From positions 26,784,001 through 26,848,000 of the forward strand of contig NC_043012.1 of NCBI RefSeq assembly GCF_006345805.1: 64,000 bases of DNA, read 5' to 3'. Below, in pieces: positions 1 through 13,287 of this stretch. Source of the DNA: Octopus sinensis. Taxonomy: Eukaryota. The number at the start of each line of letters is the position of its first letter. Within the stretch, counting starts at the first letter, position 1. The notes under the pieces were generated by a model, which was not told the DNA's origin, ran no database searches, and saw nothing but the letters and a program-made list of their open reading frames with translations. Position numbers and translations under genes: made by a program.

Positions 1-13
1 CATAATATTCAAA

Positions 14-62
<49 letters not shown>

Positions 63-79
63 TAAACACACACACATAC

Positions 80-240
80 GACACGCTTCCTCATACTTTC
101 CGTCTATCAAATTCACCCACGAGGCATTCGTCGGCCCATGCCATTGTAGACGGCACTTAACCAAGGTGCCGTGAAGTGGCACTGAACCCAAACCACATGA
201 CTGCTAAGCGAGCTTTTAGACCAGACCGTTTTGCCTGCGG
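80..240 (-). mobile_element. tRNA-derived SINE family B, 5' portion, degraded
   Basis: Matches the head of the copy at 13617-14027 (ccaaggtgcc...actgaaccc...accacatg). B-box-like gggttcagt on the minus strand. Confidence 0.7.
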
Positions 241-369
241 ATATTTTTTAGGACGAATTACAAATTATTCACAAGAAGCGTTTGGTAATTGATCAGTAGA
301 ATTCTACACTGTAGAATTGGTAAATTGCCAGCGTTTAATGTCTTCCTTCTTATAATTTTATTCTTTTAA

Positions 370-585
370 GTCAACGAGCTGGCAGAACCATTAGCACATC
401 GGGCGAAATGCTTAACGGTATTTTGTTTGTCTTTACGTCCTGAATTCAAATTCCGCCGAGGTCGGCTTTGCCTTTCATCCTTTCGGGGTCGATAAATTAA
501 GTACCAGTTGCATACGGGAGTCAATCTAATCGATTGTACCCCTCCCCCAAAACTTCGGATCTTGTGCCTAGAGTAGAAAAGAATA
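370..585 (+). mobile_element. tRNA-derived SINE family A with tail type 1
   Basis: gagctggcaga head, gaattcaaattcc B-box, shared core gcctttcatcctttcggggtcgataaattaagtaccag, tail gtgcctagagtagaaaag. More than 15 copies in the window. Confidence 0.85.
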
Positions 586-592
586 TATTTAA

Positions 593-995
593 GGTGGTGA
601 GCTGGCAGAAACTTTAGCACGCCGGGCGAAATGCGTAGCCGTAATTCGTCTGCCTTACATTCTGAGTTCAAATTCCTCCGAGGTCGACTTTGCCTTTCAT
701 CCTTTCGGGATCGATAAATTAAGTACCAGTTACGCACTGTGTCGATATAATCGACTTAATCCGACTGTCTGTCCTTGTTTGTCTCCTCTGTGTTTAGTCC
801 CTTGTGGGTAGTAAAGAAATAGAAATAGGTATTTCGTTTGCCTTTATGTTCCGAGTTCAAATTCAGCCGAGGTCGACTTTGCCTTTCATCCTTTCGGGGC
901 CGATAAATTAAGTACCAGTTGCAAACTGGGGTAGATCTAATTGACTGGACTCCTCCCCAAAAATTCTGAGCTTTGTGCCTAGCGTAGAAAAGAGT
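593..995 (+). mobile_element. SINE family A dimer: head-core-tail 2 fused to headless core-tail 1
   Basis: The core occurs twice. Junction aaagaaatag|gtatttcg lies at about 828. Confidence 0.85.
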
Positions 996-1119
996 ATTTT
1001 ATTCTTTTATTTCTTCCCACTGTTAAACCATTTAAATTATGTTATTTACTCTGGCCCCTATTGTGTTTCTTGCTATTGTTGTCGTTGTTTATATCCCCAA
1101 CTTGATACTCATCAAACTG

Positions 1120-1415
1120 GCGCTCCGTCTGTTACGGAGCGTTCCAGTTGATCGCATCAAAGAAACAGTGTGCTCGTAAAATTAACGGGCAAATGGTAAA
1201 GCACTCCAGAGACATGCGCACGCTTAACGTAATTCTCGTGGAAATTCAGCGTGACACAGGATGAGACGCAGCCGGCTCTTTGAATCTCATCTCATATTTA
1301 CCAGTTTAGTGGACTAGAACAATGTGAAATAAAGTATCTTGCTCAAGGACACAACACCTCACCGAGAATCGACCTCACGTCCTTACGAACGTGAACCGAA
1401 AATCCTAACCACAAA
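1120..1415 (-). mobile_element. Degraded tRNA-derived SINE related to family C
   Basis: The tail (gctccgtc.gttacg...ccagttgatc...attcagcgtgacaca) matches 58320-58470. Confidence 0.65.
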
Positions 1416-1525
1416 TCCACGTTTTCCCTCCACTAATTAAACAGATCTATGTTAAAGGTCATCCCAGCCGTGACTATCCTGTCTTATACTCCAACATTAT
1501 GTACAAGAAACTAAATTATCTTATA

Positions 1526-1644
1526 CAGGCAAGGCCAACCTTTCTCGATTTGCCGCACTACTAAAAATATTAAGGTAATTTTGCGTTGGTGAGACCTTTA
1601 GAAAGGCTGAATGTGGCCCACGCCTCGCAGGTTGTTCATGACTG
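1526..1644. mobile_element. Possible short hAT-like MITE
   Basis: Imperfect TIRs caggcaaggccaacct / aggttgttcatgactg. No clear target-site duplication. Confidence 0.35.
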
Positions 1645-2937
1645 ATGTGATGTATTCTATTTCCCAAGATGGTAGGGTGTGTTTTTGATGTAGATTACTC
1701 TTCTATGTTTAGCATGTCGATCGACCGTATATCGGCGGTTCTCCCATGGTTCGAGAGTTCAATGGTAGTAATTTTGTGGCTAATTAAATTTTGGAATTGC
1801 TGGTGGTGTCGAAAATCATATTAGTTTCTCAATAGCAGCATGTTGATCAGATAATGTGTTAAAAGATTGAGACATGAAGACAGTGGAAGAGATAGATGTA
1901 GAGAAATGTGGGGAGGTATAATTTGAGAAGAGATTGAGAGTTAGGGAATAAATGTAGAGGGGGAAATGAGGAGAGGGGAGAGGGGAGGAATGAAAGGGGG
2001 GAGAGAGTGAATTAGAAAACGAAAGAATCATGAAAGAAAAAGAGAGATAAAGAGGAAGAAAGGGAAAGAGAAAGAGAGAACCTGCGAAGAGAAGAGAAAC
2101 AAACGAATGAAGAACAAAAGGATGAAAGAAAGGAGAAAGGGGTAGAGAGTACGTGGCTTAGAGAGAGAGAGAGAAAGAGAGAGAATGACAAGAGAGAATG
2201 AGAGTGAGTGAATTAATGTATGAGAGAAAAAGAGAGAGTGAGAGAGAAAAGCAAAAGGTGAGTAAGAGAGAGAGAAAGAGAGAATCAGACTGAATGGATG
2301 CCATGATTATACAGCCATATTCAACAGACTTGAATAATTTCCATTTTCTGTTCGTTTGATCAAGGAGGAGAAGGAGGAGGAGAGGAGGCGGGGAGGAGGA
2401 GGAGGAGAGTGAGGATAAAGTAGGGTGGGGTGGTACGGGCACCGCCAAATGACAAACGATGAGATGATTATTCAAATTATATGAGTGTCAAATTTCACCT
2501 CTCCATCATCACATTACACGATCCCAATAACAACGACGTCCTCCACCTCCACCCCCGCCACCACCACCTACTATCGGCATTACTATCACCACCACTACGA
2601 CCACCACATCGCCTAATTCAGCAGAATCGTTAGAGACACACAGTGGTCATTCCACGACCACCACCACCATAAAGTCCAATTCAGTACAATCGTCAGATAT
2701 ATGGTGGTCGTTCCACCTGATAAGCTAGAAATAGCAGCAAAGCCCTTCTCGACACAGACGGCACCGATTTTTAAAGTTCCCTTTTATATAAAAGCACAAG
2801 AAAAAATATAAAATAAAAATACAGAAAGGGAAGGACTGGTTAGAAAGACGAGATGGTCACGACAAGAGCGTCTTCCGTCATTATAAATTTCCTTGCTCAG
2901 GACTGACTTTAGGCTATAACTATCATCGGTACCACCA

Positions 2938-3420
2938 ATCACATCATCACCACTACAATCACCACCACCACCACCACCAGAACCACCATCACCAGCCCCA
3001 CCACCAACATCACCACTACAACCACTACCAGCACCACCACCACCACAACCATCATTAACACCACGACCATCATCACCACCACTACTACCACCAACACGAC
3101 CACCACCAACCTTACCATCACCAGCACCACCATCACCTATACCACCATCACCAATACCACCGCCAACATCACCACTACAACGAACACCAGCACCACCACT
3201 ACAACCATCATCACCACCACCTTCAACACCACTATCAACAACACAACACCACGAACATCACCAACACGACCACCACCAACACCACCAACACCAACACCAC
3301 CATCACCACCACCATCACCACCACCACCACCATCGCTATCACCACCAACACAACAACCAACAACACCGCCATCAACACCACCACCACTATCACCACCACC
3401 ATCAACACCACCAACAGTAC
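2938..3420. repeat. (CAC/CAT/CAA)n compound trinucleotide low-complexity tract
   Basis: Seen directly in the sequence. Confidence 0.95.
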
Positions 3421-3676
3421 TTCCGATGCCGTCACCTCTAATACTACCACTACTACTACTACATTTTGTGGTGGTATGGTGGTAGCGGTGGAGGAGATTG
3501 TGTGAAAAAGAAATGTATGGGGACGAGTATTCCGAAGACGTGTGTAACATTCACGTAAGACATGGTTAAAACACTGTGAAATGATGTATGCTGAAACGTC
3601 TGTATCACAAGAACAATGCAGGGAGCTAGCTAGGAACCTTGATTGCTCTTGTAAGCTGGTTAGCTAGCTAGCTAGT

Positions 3677-3677
<1 letters not shown>

Positions 3678-3762
<85 letters not shown>

Positions 3763-3780
3763 TGTAGGTAGGTAGGTAGG

Positions 3781-3850
<70 letters not shown>
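3678..3850. repeat. (GATA)n microsatellite
   Basis: Seen directly in the sequence. Confidence 0.98.
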
Positions 3851-3851
<1 letters not shown>

Positions 3852-4658
3852 GTTTCTTTATTGGCCACTCAGGGCTGCACACAGATGGGACAAGTTACAA
3901 GGTAGAGCTTTTCTTTTGGGGGGATGAAAAAAACAAAAAACAAAGGAAAAAGAAAAAAAAGGGGTGGCGTAGGTTTTCGATCAAGAGGGATCGTAAAAGG
4001 GAAGAAAAGAACAAAAAACAAAAATAGAATAAAATAAAAAAATAAAATAAATAAAAAATAAAAAGAATAAAAAAAAGAAGGAAAAGGAAAAGGAACAAAA
4101 GAAAAGAGAAATGAAAAAAGAAGAAAAAAGGGGAAAAAAAGGGGGAAGAGGAAAAAAAAGAACGATCAATAGGGATCATGTATCACAGTGTTATGATATA
4201 TGGTGTAAAGGGGAAAGCAAGTAATGTTTATCCGTGGGAAGAAAAGCCTACGAAAAAGACCACGGTAACCTTGGTCAATATTGTTATATGTTACCACATT
4301 TGTTTGCAAGTGGGTAACCCTCTGTTTTCAATTTCTGGGTTCATAGGATTATGCTCAAGGTGGCTTCGTCATTCATACGTGCCATCCTTGCTACATTCAC
4401 CCATCTTTTTTTAAAACATTCGCTAGACAAAACTTGCCTCTCTACTCTCACTTTCCTTTTCAAGTGGTACTTGAAGAAGTTGATGAGAGATTGACCAGAG
4501 AGGAAAGTGTTTGTCTCCAATCCTTTCAGACGCGTCCACCAGATACATTCTTTCGCCATAGCCACAAGGATGAGGAAAATAGCCCTTCCTTCCCGTTTGA
4601 AGGAAGGAGGCGTGACAATATTGACGATAGACTCAGCTGATAAACCGACTCGTCCCAC
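3852..4658 (-). mobile_element. 5'-truncated Tx1/L1-clade non-LTR retrotransposon (ORF2 C-terminus and 3' UTR), copy 1
   Basis: Translation ...[44 protein letters not shown]... stops at 4341. T-rich 3' UTR ends ggccaataaagaaac. Homologous to 4901-6100. Bounded by (GATA)n on both sides. Confidence 0.8.
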
Positions 4659-4900
<242 letters not shown>

Positions 4901-6100
4901 CTTTCTTTATTGGCCACACAGGGATGAACACAGAGGGGACAAATACAAACGTAGAGCTTTTCTTTTCGAAAATGAAAATCAAAAAGGGGGTAAAAAAAGT
5001 AAAATTTCGATCAAAAACGATAGGAAAAAAAAAGGCGATCAAAAGAGATCGTGTATCACAGAAGAATTTTTTAAATGTAAAAAGCAAGATTAGGTTTATC
5101 CGTGGAAAGTAAAGCCTACGGAAAAGACTACGGTAACCTCAGGCAGTGAGGAAATAAACACATGAGAGCAAAGTGCTCTATCTCTCTTTCTCTCTTCGAT
5201 TTACAGAATCATACTCAGAGTGGTTTCGTCACTCGCACGCACCATCTTTGCTACATTCATCCACCTCTTTTTGAAACTTCCACGCGACAAAACATGCTCT
5301 CTATTCTCACCCTCCTCTTCAAGTGGTACTTGAAAAACTTAATGAGCGATTGGCCAGAAAGGTAAGTGTTTGTCTCTAAACCCTTCGTTCGAGTCCACCA
5401 CACACATTCTTTCACCATGGCAACCAGTACGATGAAGACTGCTTTGCCTCCCCGGTTAAGGGAAGGTGGCGGTGCAATTATCACGATAGACTCGGCCGAG
5501 AGGTGGGCTCGTCCCACACATGACAGCAGCCATTCGGCATAAACCCACAGGTCCGAAATGGCTGGACACTGCACGAGTGCGTGCAGAACGGTTTTATCGC
5601 TCTGACCGCATCTCGAGCAAGTCGGTCCGGTGTCTCTCGAACCGTGCCTGTAGAGCTTATCCCGAACAGGTAATGCTTCTCGATAGCACTACCAAGCCAG
5701 GGATCTCTGGTGATTGTCCATAGGTCCCGGCTCCAAAGTTGTCCTGAACAGGCGGGTCAGGTGTTCTTCGTTGACGCCCAGATTCTGTCCGAGAACGTCG
5801 TCGCACCTTCCTTCCACTAATCCTCTATAGAACGCCTTTGTTGTACTCAAGTTGCACAAGTTTGATATGGGACGGCAGAATTGCTCGAGAGCAACACGAC
5901 ACTCGCGGTGCCATTCGCCTAGGTCGGCCAAGGAGACGAGCTGCGGGAAAGCGCGCCGCACAAACGGCGACCATACCTGTTCACCGTCGTTTAAGAAGCG
6001 CTGGAGATGTCGCAGTCTCAGCGCATGTCTGCGAATCATCAACCACGGCATGCCCAGCCCTCCATTTAGCGGGTGTTGACAGCAAATGGATCAGACATAC
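4901..6100 (-). mobile_element. 5'-truncated Tx1/L1-clade non-LTR retrotransposon (ORF2 C-terminus with zinc knuckle), copy 2
   Basis: Minus-strand translation SLAW*CYREALPVRDKL...CSRCGQSDKTVLHALVQCP, the CCHC knuckle typical of L1/Tx1 ORF2, followed by KECVWWTR. Contains stops and frameshifts. Bounded by (GATA)n. Confidence 0.85.
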
Positions 6101-6105
6101 AGACT

Positions 6106-6198
<93 letters not shown>
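6106..6198. repeat. (GATA)n microsatellite
   Basis: Seen directly in the sequence. Confidence 0.98.
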
Positions 6199-7555
6199 TT
6201 TTCTAGAGTGAGCAATTGGAACATAAGCCAGTATATTTCCATTTCGAAGCATATTTTAAACATCTTTTCGAGCTGTCAATGAAAAGAGGCCAACCACATT
6301 ATATTCCACTGATCCCACCTACGAAATAGTCTACTAACTTTTATGTTTTTTTCAATGAAGTACACAATAAATTCAACATCCTAGTACGATAAAAGGTAAC
6401 TCTGGTTCTTACTTCCCTAGATCCAAAGCCCCTTCATTGAAATTTCAGCATCAACAACAGGGCACGTTTGTGTATGTGTTTGTATGTATAAGTGCAGGTT
6501 TGTATGTATGTATGTATGTATGTATGTATGTATGTATGTATGTATGTATGTATGTATGTATGTATGTATGTATACATATATATTGATATACTCAGCATAG
6601 CATATTGCAAGTTTAAGTCCGTTACCAAGTCACTCTTTTGCTATGGAATTTAAAACTTTACGAGCTGGATGACTAGAAAGTATCAACCGGACTAGGGGAA
6701 GTAACTGGCGACCCGGAATACTCCGGCACTAGTTCATCAGACCCACAGCTATTGGATCAATTTTCCTCATTTTTGCGAAAATCGTGCGGTTCGGGTTCCT
6801 TAAAATCTAGACATGATGGTAAAAAAGTGGATTCCATTTTTGGATTCAGTATATGAAAAAAGAAAGAGAAAAAGCCTTCAAATCAAGTAAAAACGTCTTG
6901 ACAACAAAATACCTGTTGGGTTGTGTTATATTTATCTTTATCTTTGAATAGTAACAAATAGATTTTCTTGTCTCTTACATTTCAAAATTCTTTTGTCATA
7001 AACTCTCTCTGTCTCATCCTCTCTCTATTTTCTTTTTGTTTCAGTCTCTCTCTTTCCCTCTCTCTCTACGTGTGTGCGTGAGTGTGTGTGTGCGCATATG
7101 CATGCGTGTGAGTGCGTTGTGTGTATGTTTGTGTGTGTATGTTTGTGTGCGTATGCGTATGTATGTACGTATTCACTTAGTCTACTGAGCAATCAATCAA
7201 CTTAACAGGAATATATATTACATCATATCTTCCGACAAAATAACACTTTTATAGTAAAGATTATAGTTTATGATGATTTTAGGTGAATGTAGGAAAAGTA
7301 TTTTAATAAATATGTATACATATATAAATCAAAGATAGAAAGGGGAAAAAAACACAACAAACGGAAATCGTCAAAACACAGCATGCGAAGGAAAGGACGA
7401 ATGCACAACAGCGGCAAACAGAACAATACAAGATACACGGATCATTCACAGCCAATTGCCTCTTCAGTCAGAGTCCGGAATGTCGATGTGGTCTGATCCA
7501 CTTATCTCCGATACTACTCGATATATATATATATATATATATAATATATATATAA

Positions 7556-7793
7556 AAGCGATGAATAGCTTTGTGGAAACCATGGTACGCCTTGTTTTCT
7601 GACTTTATAATCATCTCATAATAATGACTTTTATGACTTTTATTACTGCCTCAGTCCATCTAAATGTATATATTTGTCGTTACCTATCATAAAAAGCCTC
7701 TTTTTATTTACAATGTGCATTTTCGTTGATTTTTCATATTTCCCCTTACATTTCCACGTGTATTTTATATTTTCGTTTGTAACATATTTCTAC
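7556..7793. mobile_element. (TA)n-embedded dispersed repeat, probable Penelope-like terminal fragment
   Basis: Reverse-complement homolog at 21907-22155. Both copies are flanked by (TA)n and carry a degenerate hammerhead-like end. Confidence 0.55.
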
Positions 7794-7811
7794 TATATAT
7801 ATATATATATT

Positions 7812-7978
7812 TAATTTATATTAAAATTTTATGTATTGATTAAGTCTTTCCTTGTTTGGTTTTAAAATAGTGGTTTGTCTCGAATTATATTATATAATAT
7901 TTTACTATAAAATTGGATTTAACCCTAAATCTGATTTTTCCCTGTAATTTTGGATTCATTCCCTAATATTTATTATTA
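7812..7978 (+). mobile_element. Terminal fragment of the element at 23087-25975
   Basis: Near-identical to 25810-25975 (attaaaattttatgtattgattaagtcttt...ttccctaatatttattatt). Flanked by (TA)n. Confidence 0.75.
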
Positions 7979-8105
7979 TATATATATATATATATATTTA
8001 AATAATGAGGGAGATAAATTAATATTAATTTCAATATCAATTTAAAACCAGTAGTCCAGCATACAAAAAATCTGAGAAATCAGAGAAAATTCTAATATAT
8101 GTGTA

Positions 8106-8512
8106 TGTTGGCAGGGCAGGACTGCTAGGTAGTCGGCCGTATGCTAGAAATAGATCATCAATGATCAAACTACAAAGAAAGTTCTCTAGAGGAAAAATTC
8201 AGCGAACACCAGAACTAAATTTGGCGGGCAGGGCAGATGAAAATTTATATAAAAAACAGAATTTATTGCATACCTCGGTTTCGGCATTTAACAAAAGAAT
8301 TACTTACATAATTCAAATGTCCGTGGCCTCAGCAGTACAATCGTTCAATGTAAATGCAATCTACAAAACTAACCCCAGCTTTCTGTGCCAAAACAGACAC
8401 GTGTTTAGTTTCTGGTGTTCGCTGAATTTTTCCTCTAGAGATCTTTCTTTGTAGTTTGATCGTTGATGATGTATTTCTAGCATACGGCAGACTACATAGC
8501 AGTCCTGCCCTG

Positions 8513-8518
<6 letters not shown>
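8106..8518. mobile_element. Fold-back element with ~115-bp inverted arms enclosing a hammerhead motif, at the edge of a (TA)n tract
   Basis: Arm 8106-8220 (tgttggcagggcaggactgcta...) is the reverse complement of about 8404-8518. Confidence 0.85.
8265..8341 (-). ncRNA. Type I hammerhead ribozyme motif with one core substitution
   Basis: Minus strand: attgta CTGCTGA ggc...gcc GAAA cc-ga-gg TA tgcaat. Helix I is 6 bp. The core reads CUGCUGA instead of CUGAUGA. Confidence 0.6.
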
Positions 8519-8567
<49 letters not shown>

Positions 8568-8609
8568 GAGAGAGAGAGAGGGGGGAGAGAGATAAGATAC
8601 ACATACACA

Positions 8610-8828
8610 CAAGTGAGGTACTGTAAAGTTCCTGGTTTTGGGTAAAAGAAAATATAAGAGGATCAGTTAATTATGACTTCATTCAATATATTCCTGTCTC
8701 TGATTCACGCACTTTTGCAGCAGTCCTTCAGTTTTTCTAAGTCCTGTAAAAGAACTCGGATGATCTGGCCTCCACCCAGGCCTTTCGTGATAGCCTTAAA
8801 GCAAGGAACTTTTCGGCATCCTTTCGTA
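8610..8828. mobile_element. Mariner-type MITE, degraded
   Basis: Imperfect TIRs ...ctgtaaagttcctggttt / aaagcaaggaacttttcggcatcctttcgta, ending at TA. Confidence 0.55.
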
Positions 8829-9082
8829 TATGTATGCATGTATGTATGTATGTAAGTATGTATGTATGTATGTATGTATGTATGTATGTATGTTGTATGT
8901 ATGTATGTATGCATGCATGTATGTACGTATGTGTGTTTGTATGTATATCATTATTCAATTTATCAATTTCTGATAGAGAAAGAGCCGGTTTCTAGCCTAG
9001 ACCCAAAAGCTCCTCCACTGAAATTTCAACGTCAACAGTAAGGTGTTTTGTATGTGTGTTTGTATGTATGCGTGCAGATTTG

Positions 9083-9240
9083 AAAGGTAAATCGACCGCG
9101 ATGGAATTTGAACTCAGAACGTAAAGAGAGAGGAAATACCTATTTCTTTACTACCCACAATGGGCTAAAAACAGAGGGGACAAACAAGGGCAGACAAACG
9201 GATTAAGTCGAGTACATCAATCCCAGTGCGTAACTGGTAC
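9083..9240 (-). mobile_element. SINE family A partial dimer (tail 2 joined to core)
   Basis: gaaatac|ctatttctttactacccac junction plus core fragments. Confidence 0.75.
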
Positions 9241-9701
9241 GCTGTAGAATTACTTTCTCTCATTCATATTGTTACTTTGATAGCAATGGTGTGCTGAGGT
9301 AAAATGAAAGGATTTAAAAGAAAATCATTGGTTTAAAATACTATGAAAACTGCAAATTAAAGAAATGGTAACAGGAGTAGCAATTCGTAGTTTTTCTTGG
9401 TTTATAGGATAAAACAACCTTCATTCTGCTACTGTATAATCTTGTAACACACAAACAGGCTTATCCAGTTATAGACATTATCTTGAATTCATACAGAGAT
9501 CCAGTAATATACACGCATCAAAAATACGAGTCTGCGTGATCGGGAACTAGTTGCTTACGTTTCAAATGATAGGATAAGGGGAAGATCGCAATACATTTGA
9601 TCAAGTGTGTGATTGATTATAGCTGGACGGGGCAAAACAACAATAGCAACAATAGTAACAAAAATGACAGTAGCAGCAGCAACAACGATAGCAACAGCAG
9701 T

Positions 9702-9891
9702 GGAGGCGCAATGCCCCAGTGGTTAGGGCAGCGGTCTCGCGGTCGTAAGAACGCGGTTTCGATTTCCAGACCGGGCATTGTGAGTGTTTATTGAGCATAA
9801 ACACCGAAGCTCCGCAAGGCTCCGGCGGGGTGGTGATGGTGGTGAAACCCGCTGTACTCTTTCACCACAACTTTCTCTCACTCTTTCTTCC
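9702..9891 (+). mobile_element. tRNA-derived SINE family C, 5' half
   Basis: A-box-like tgccccagtggttag and B-box-like ggtttcgatttcc. Homologous to 58520-58700 (reverse) and 60881-61060. Confidence 0.8.
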
Positions 9892-10186
9892 TACTACTGC
9901 CACAAAGCAGAGGAATCATGCGGTAACCCACTATGGTGTGGTAAAAACTTTCAGACCCTAGTCTAGATTGCGAAACCTCTGTACTCCAGGATGGTTCAGC
10001 TCTCCCCGCATTAAAAGCCACCGTTTACGGAATGAGGATAACAATGTAGCTTTCGCGCCCGTGCAACCGCCAATCTATCGCGTGTGGTGGGTAGATCTTC
10101 AAGTTGCCGCACGCATTCTTAGTAGCTTAGAGTAGGCTCGAATTGGAGATTATTCCTTGTGGCTAATGGCGCGACTCCTGATTGGG

Positions 10187-10280
10187 AGAAGAAGAAGAAG
10201 AAGAAGAAGAAGAAGAAGAAGAAGAAGAAGAAGAAGAAGAAGAAGAAGAAGAAGAAGAAGAAGAAGAAGAAGAAGAAGAA
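10187..10280. repeat. (GAA)n microsatellite
   Basis: Perfect repeat seen directly. Confidence 0.98.
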
Positions 10281-10874
10281 GAAGAAGAAGAAGAAGAAGA
10301 ATTTGAGAAAATAGAAGACCACCAATCGAGAATTTGCAGGACCAAGATTGTTTCCTATTCGGGTGAAGCTTTGGATAGTTAAAATGAAGGTAATGGGTTT
10401 CTAACGAGAATAGAATAGAACTGAAATGAATTGAATAGAAGACAATACAATGGAAGCAAGTATATTCGCAGCGGTGTTGAAGTATTGTTGCATACATACA
10501 TACAAATCTGCAAGTATTGTTGCGGTGGTGTATAACACTGAAATGTTGACCAGACAGAGAGATGATAACTAGATCTAAAGAAAAAGATATTTAGTGTGAT
10601 ACGCGCGCGTATATATATATACATTACAGTCACAGGTACACAGACATAACCAAACACACACACCAACACCCACACATACACATGTGTGTGTGCGTATATA
10701 AACATATATATACGCACCAATATACATACAAACACATACATATATACATACATGCATGCATACATAGATACGTACATACATACATACGCACACACTCATA
10801 TATACACACATATATACTGATATACCTATAATCTAAAACTAGGCGCAAGAGATGCAGAATATTGATTGACAAGT

Positions 10875-11002
10875 GTGTGTATGTATATATATATATATAG
10901 ATAGATAGATATATAGATATATTCATATTTATGTACGTATATATATATGTATTATACATACGTATATATGTCTGTATGTATATGTGTCTATACATATATA
11001 TG

Positions 11003-11068
<66 letters not shown>

Positions 11069-11274
11069 ATATGTATATATATATATTTATATATATATAT
11101 GTATATATATATATTTATATATATAAATGTATATATATGTATTATATATATGTATATATATACATATATATATATATATATGTATATATATATGTATATA
11201 TATGTGTATATTATATATATATATGTATGTATATATATATATATATGTGTGAAGTGCTCAAAACGTTTTGTATG

Positions 11275-11308
<34 letters not shown>

Positions 11309-11350
11309 TGTGTGTATGTATGTATGTATGTATGTATCTATGTATGTATA
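10875..11350. repeat. (TA)n / (TATG)n compound microsatellite
   Basis: Seen directly. Many similar tracts occur across the window. Confidence 0.95.
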
Positions 11351-13287
11351 AAAACATACAAACCTACACATTTAAATAGCTTCCGATAATATCTAAAAGC
11401 AAGCACAAAAAGATACCGAGCGGAATATTGATTGACATGTGTTAACAGATGGGTTCAGCTGTTTTATAGTCGATACTTCGATGCTTAAAATAGCATAGAA
11501 TATCTTTAACCATATGCCGTAGTATATCAAGTACATACATTAATACTTATCTTCACAGAGATCGTAACAATTAGTAGGTGATAGAATATAACAGACGCAA
11601 AGAGCACAGTTTCTTAACGTGTGTTGTTGAATAGTAGTAAAAATATGCAACATTGTATAGAATTCGGATTGTATAGAATTGGTATCAGCGATTGAATTTT
11701 CTAGCTGATCAATGATTTAGAAGCGGTTAACTCACAGTTGATTAAAGATTTAGTTGTTAATTATTTAGCTCTTGGCTTGTAAAAACCTTTAATGACAATC
11801 CTATACGTTAAAGAGACTGCCATGAGGCCAAAACAAAAAAGAAGGAAAAGCAGAATAAAACATAACGTTTGGAGATTAACAGTGATATGTTGATTACGAT
11901 GTATGTAGATATTTGTGAGGAGAGATCTCCTACAGGCTAGAGGGGAGCAGAGCGGTGATGGGGAAAGTGGTATTGATAGCTTGTAGCGGTGGTGGTGGTG
12001 TATTGGTGGCAGCGCCAATTATTTTTCAAAGTGTGAGAACACAACTTCTGTTAATTGGATTTAAATTCTCGTGCTGTTATATGTTGCTGCCTAAAGTTTA
12101 CATTGATTAATTTAATTACAAAGCTCTACTGAACACATATTGGAGTAATATAAAGTCAAGTTTGATTATTTCTAATGCTTTTCAGTATCAGAAATATCCA
12201 CAGTAGGGCAAGATACTGCAATTAGGAAAAATAATAAAAGTTTGCTAAAATATTTGTTTATAGCCGAGCAAGTAAGGGAGATAACTCATAATTTTTCAGT
12301 GTTAATTAGCTTTTAGAGAAGGACGAATAGTTATTGAGCATCGTGCTAGCAACACTTAACTATACATAAAATACTATACAGAAATATATACTTATGATAT
12401 ACAACTATAGGTTAAAATAAAGAGTGTGATCAATCAAGGGTGAACTCGAAGAATTGTTACAGCACCGGACAAAATTGCTGAGCAGTATTACGTTCTGAGT
12501 TCAAATGACACTGGGATGTGCTTAGGTAGTAGCACAGATACCGCGTCCAAGAATTTCAATGGAAGCTTCAGCAAACGTGTCGTACAATATTTCCATGGAG
12601 ATTTCATTTCTCTTGACTGTTTTTACCGTGAACCTTTTTATAAATTGGTTAATATCTTTTATGATCGACAACTTTTTACCAGGAATAACATTCTTCCAAT
12701 TTGTTTAATGATTACACCGTCCACCCAGCTTTCTTTACCATATCTATAGGTTTAAAAAAAAATTGTCACCTAACTTGAAGAATTTTGAAGTATAATTGTT
12801 GTTCACCTTTTTATAATTTTTTCACTCTATATCAACTTATCAAAATGGATCTGATCTTTCTAGCAAACATTGGTTCTGCGGGTGTATTCGGATAGGGTGT
12901 TACTCGGTACACTCTTAGAAACTGATGAAGTGGAAGGTTGTCCATTACTTCCTTGTTCGCCTTTTTCAACGCCACTTGAAACCACTTGAGCCGCTCCGCG
13001 GAGTGGTGACATGTTCAATGACTAGCATTTTACAAAAATTTTCTGAACTCGTCTCAAGTATATTGAGTTCCATTATCAGACACAATGGTATTAGGGATGC
13101 CATATCTGGCGAGCAATTCGTGTAAAAACACTTGCTGTAACCGCAGATGCTGGCGTTTTACACTTATGCATTTCAGGCCACTTTCAAAAACTCTCCAACA
13201 AGGTAATATGAACCCTTAAGTAGACCTGAATAATCAGCATGCAGTCTGGACCATGAAATATCTGTTTTTGGCCACGGTTGCCATTTA

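Noticed and set aside
366-737. Recurrent ORF MRNWYLIYRPRKDERQSRPRRNLNS (also at 13184, 28189, 33991)
   Set aside because: It is the antisense translation of the SINE A core, not a gene family.
2939-3550. Gly- and Val-rich ORFs
   Set aside because: They are products of the (CAC)n low-complexity tract.
6685-6745. Minus-strand CTGATGA with actag/ctagt stem
   Set aside because: The GAAA half of the core is absent.
9702-9775. tRNA gene
   Set aside because: The A and B boxes continue into a multicopy SINE body and I could not build a complete cloverleaf.
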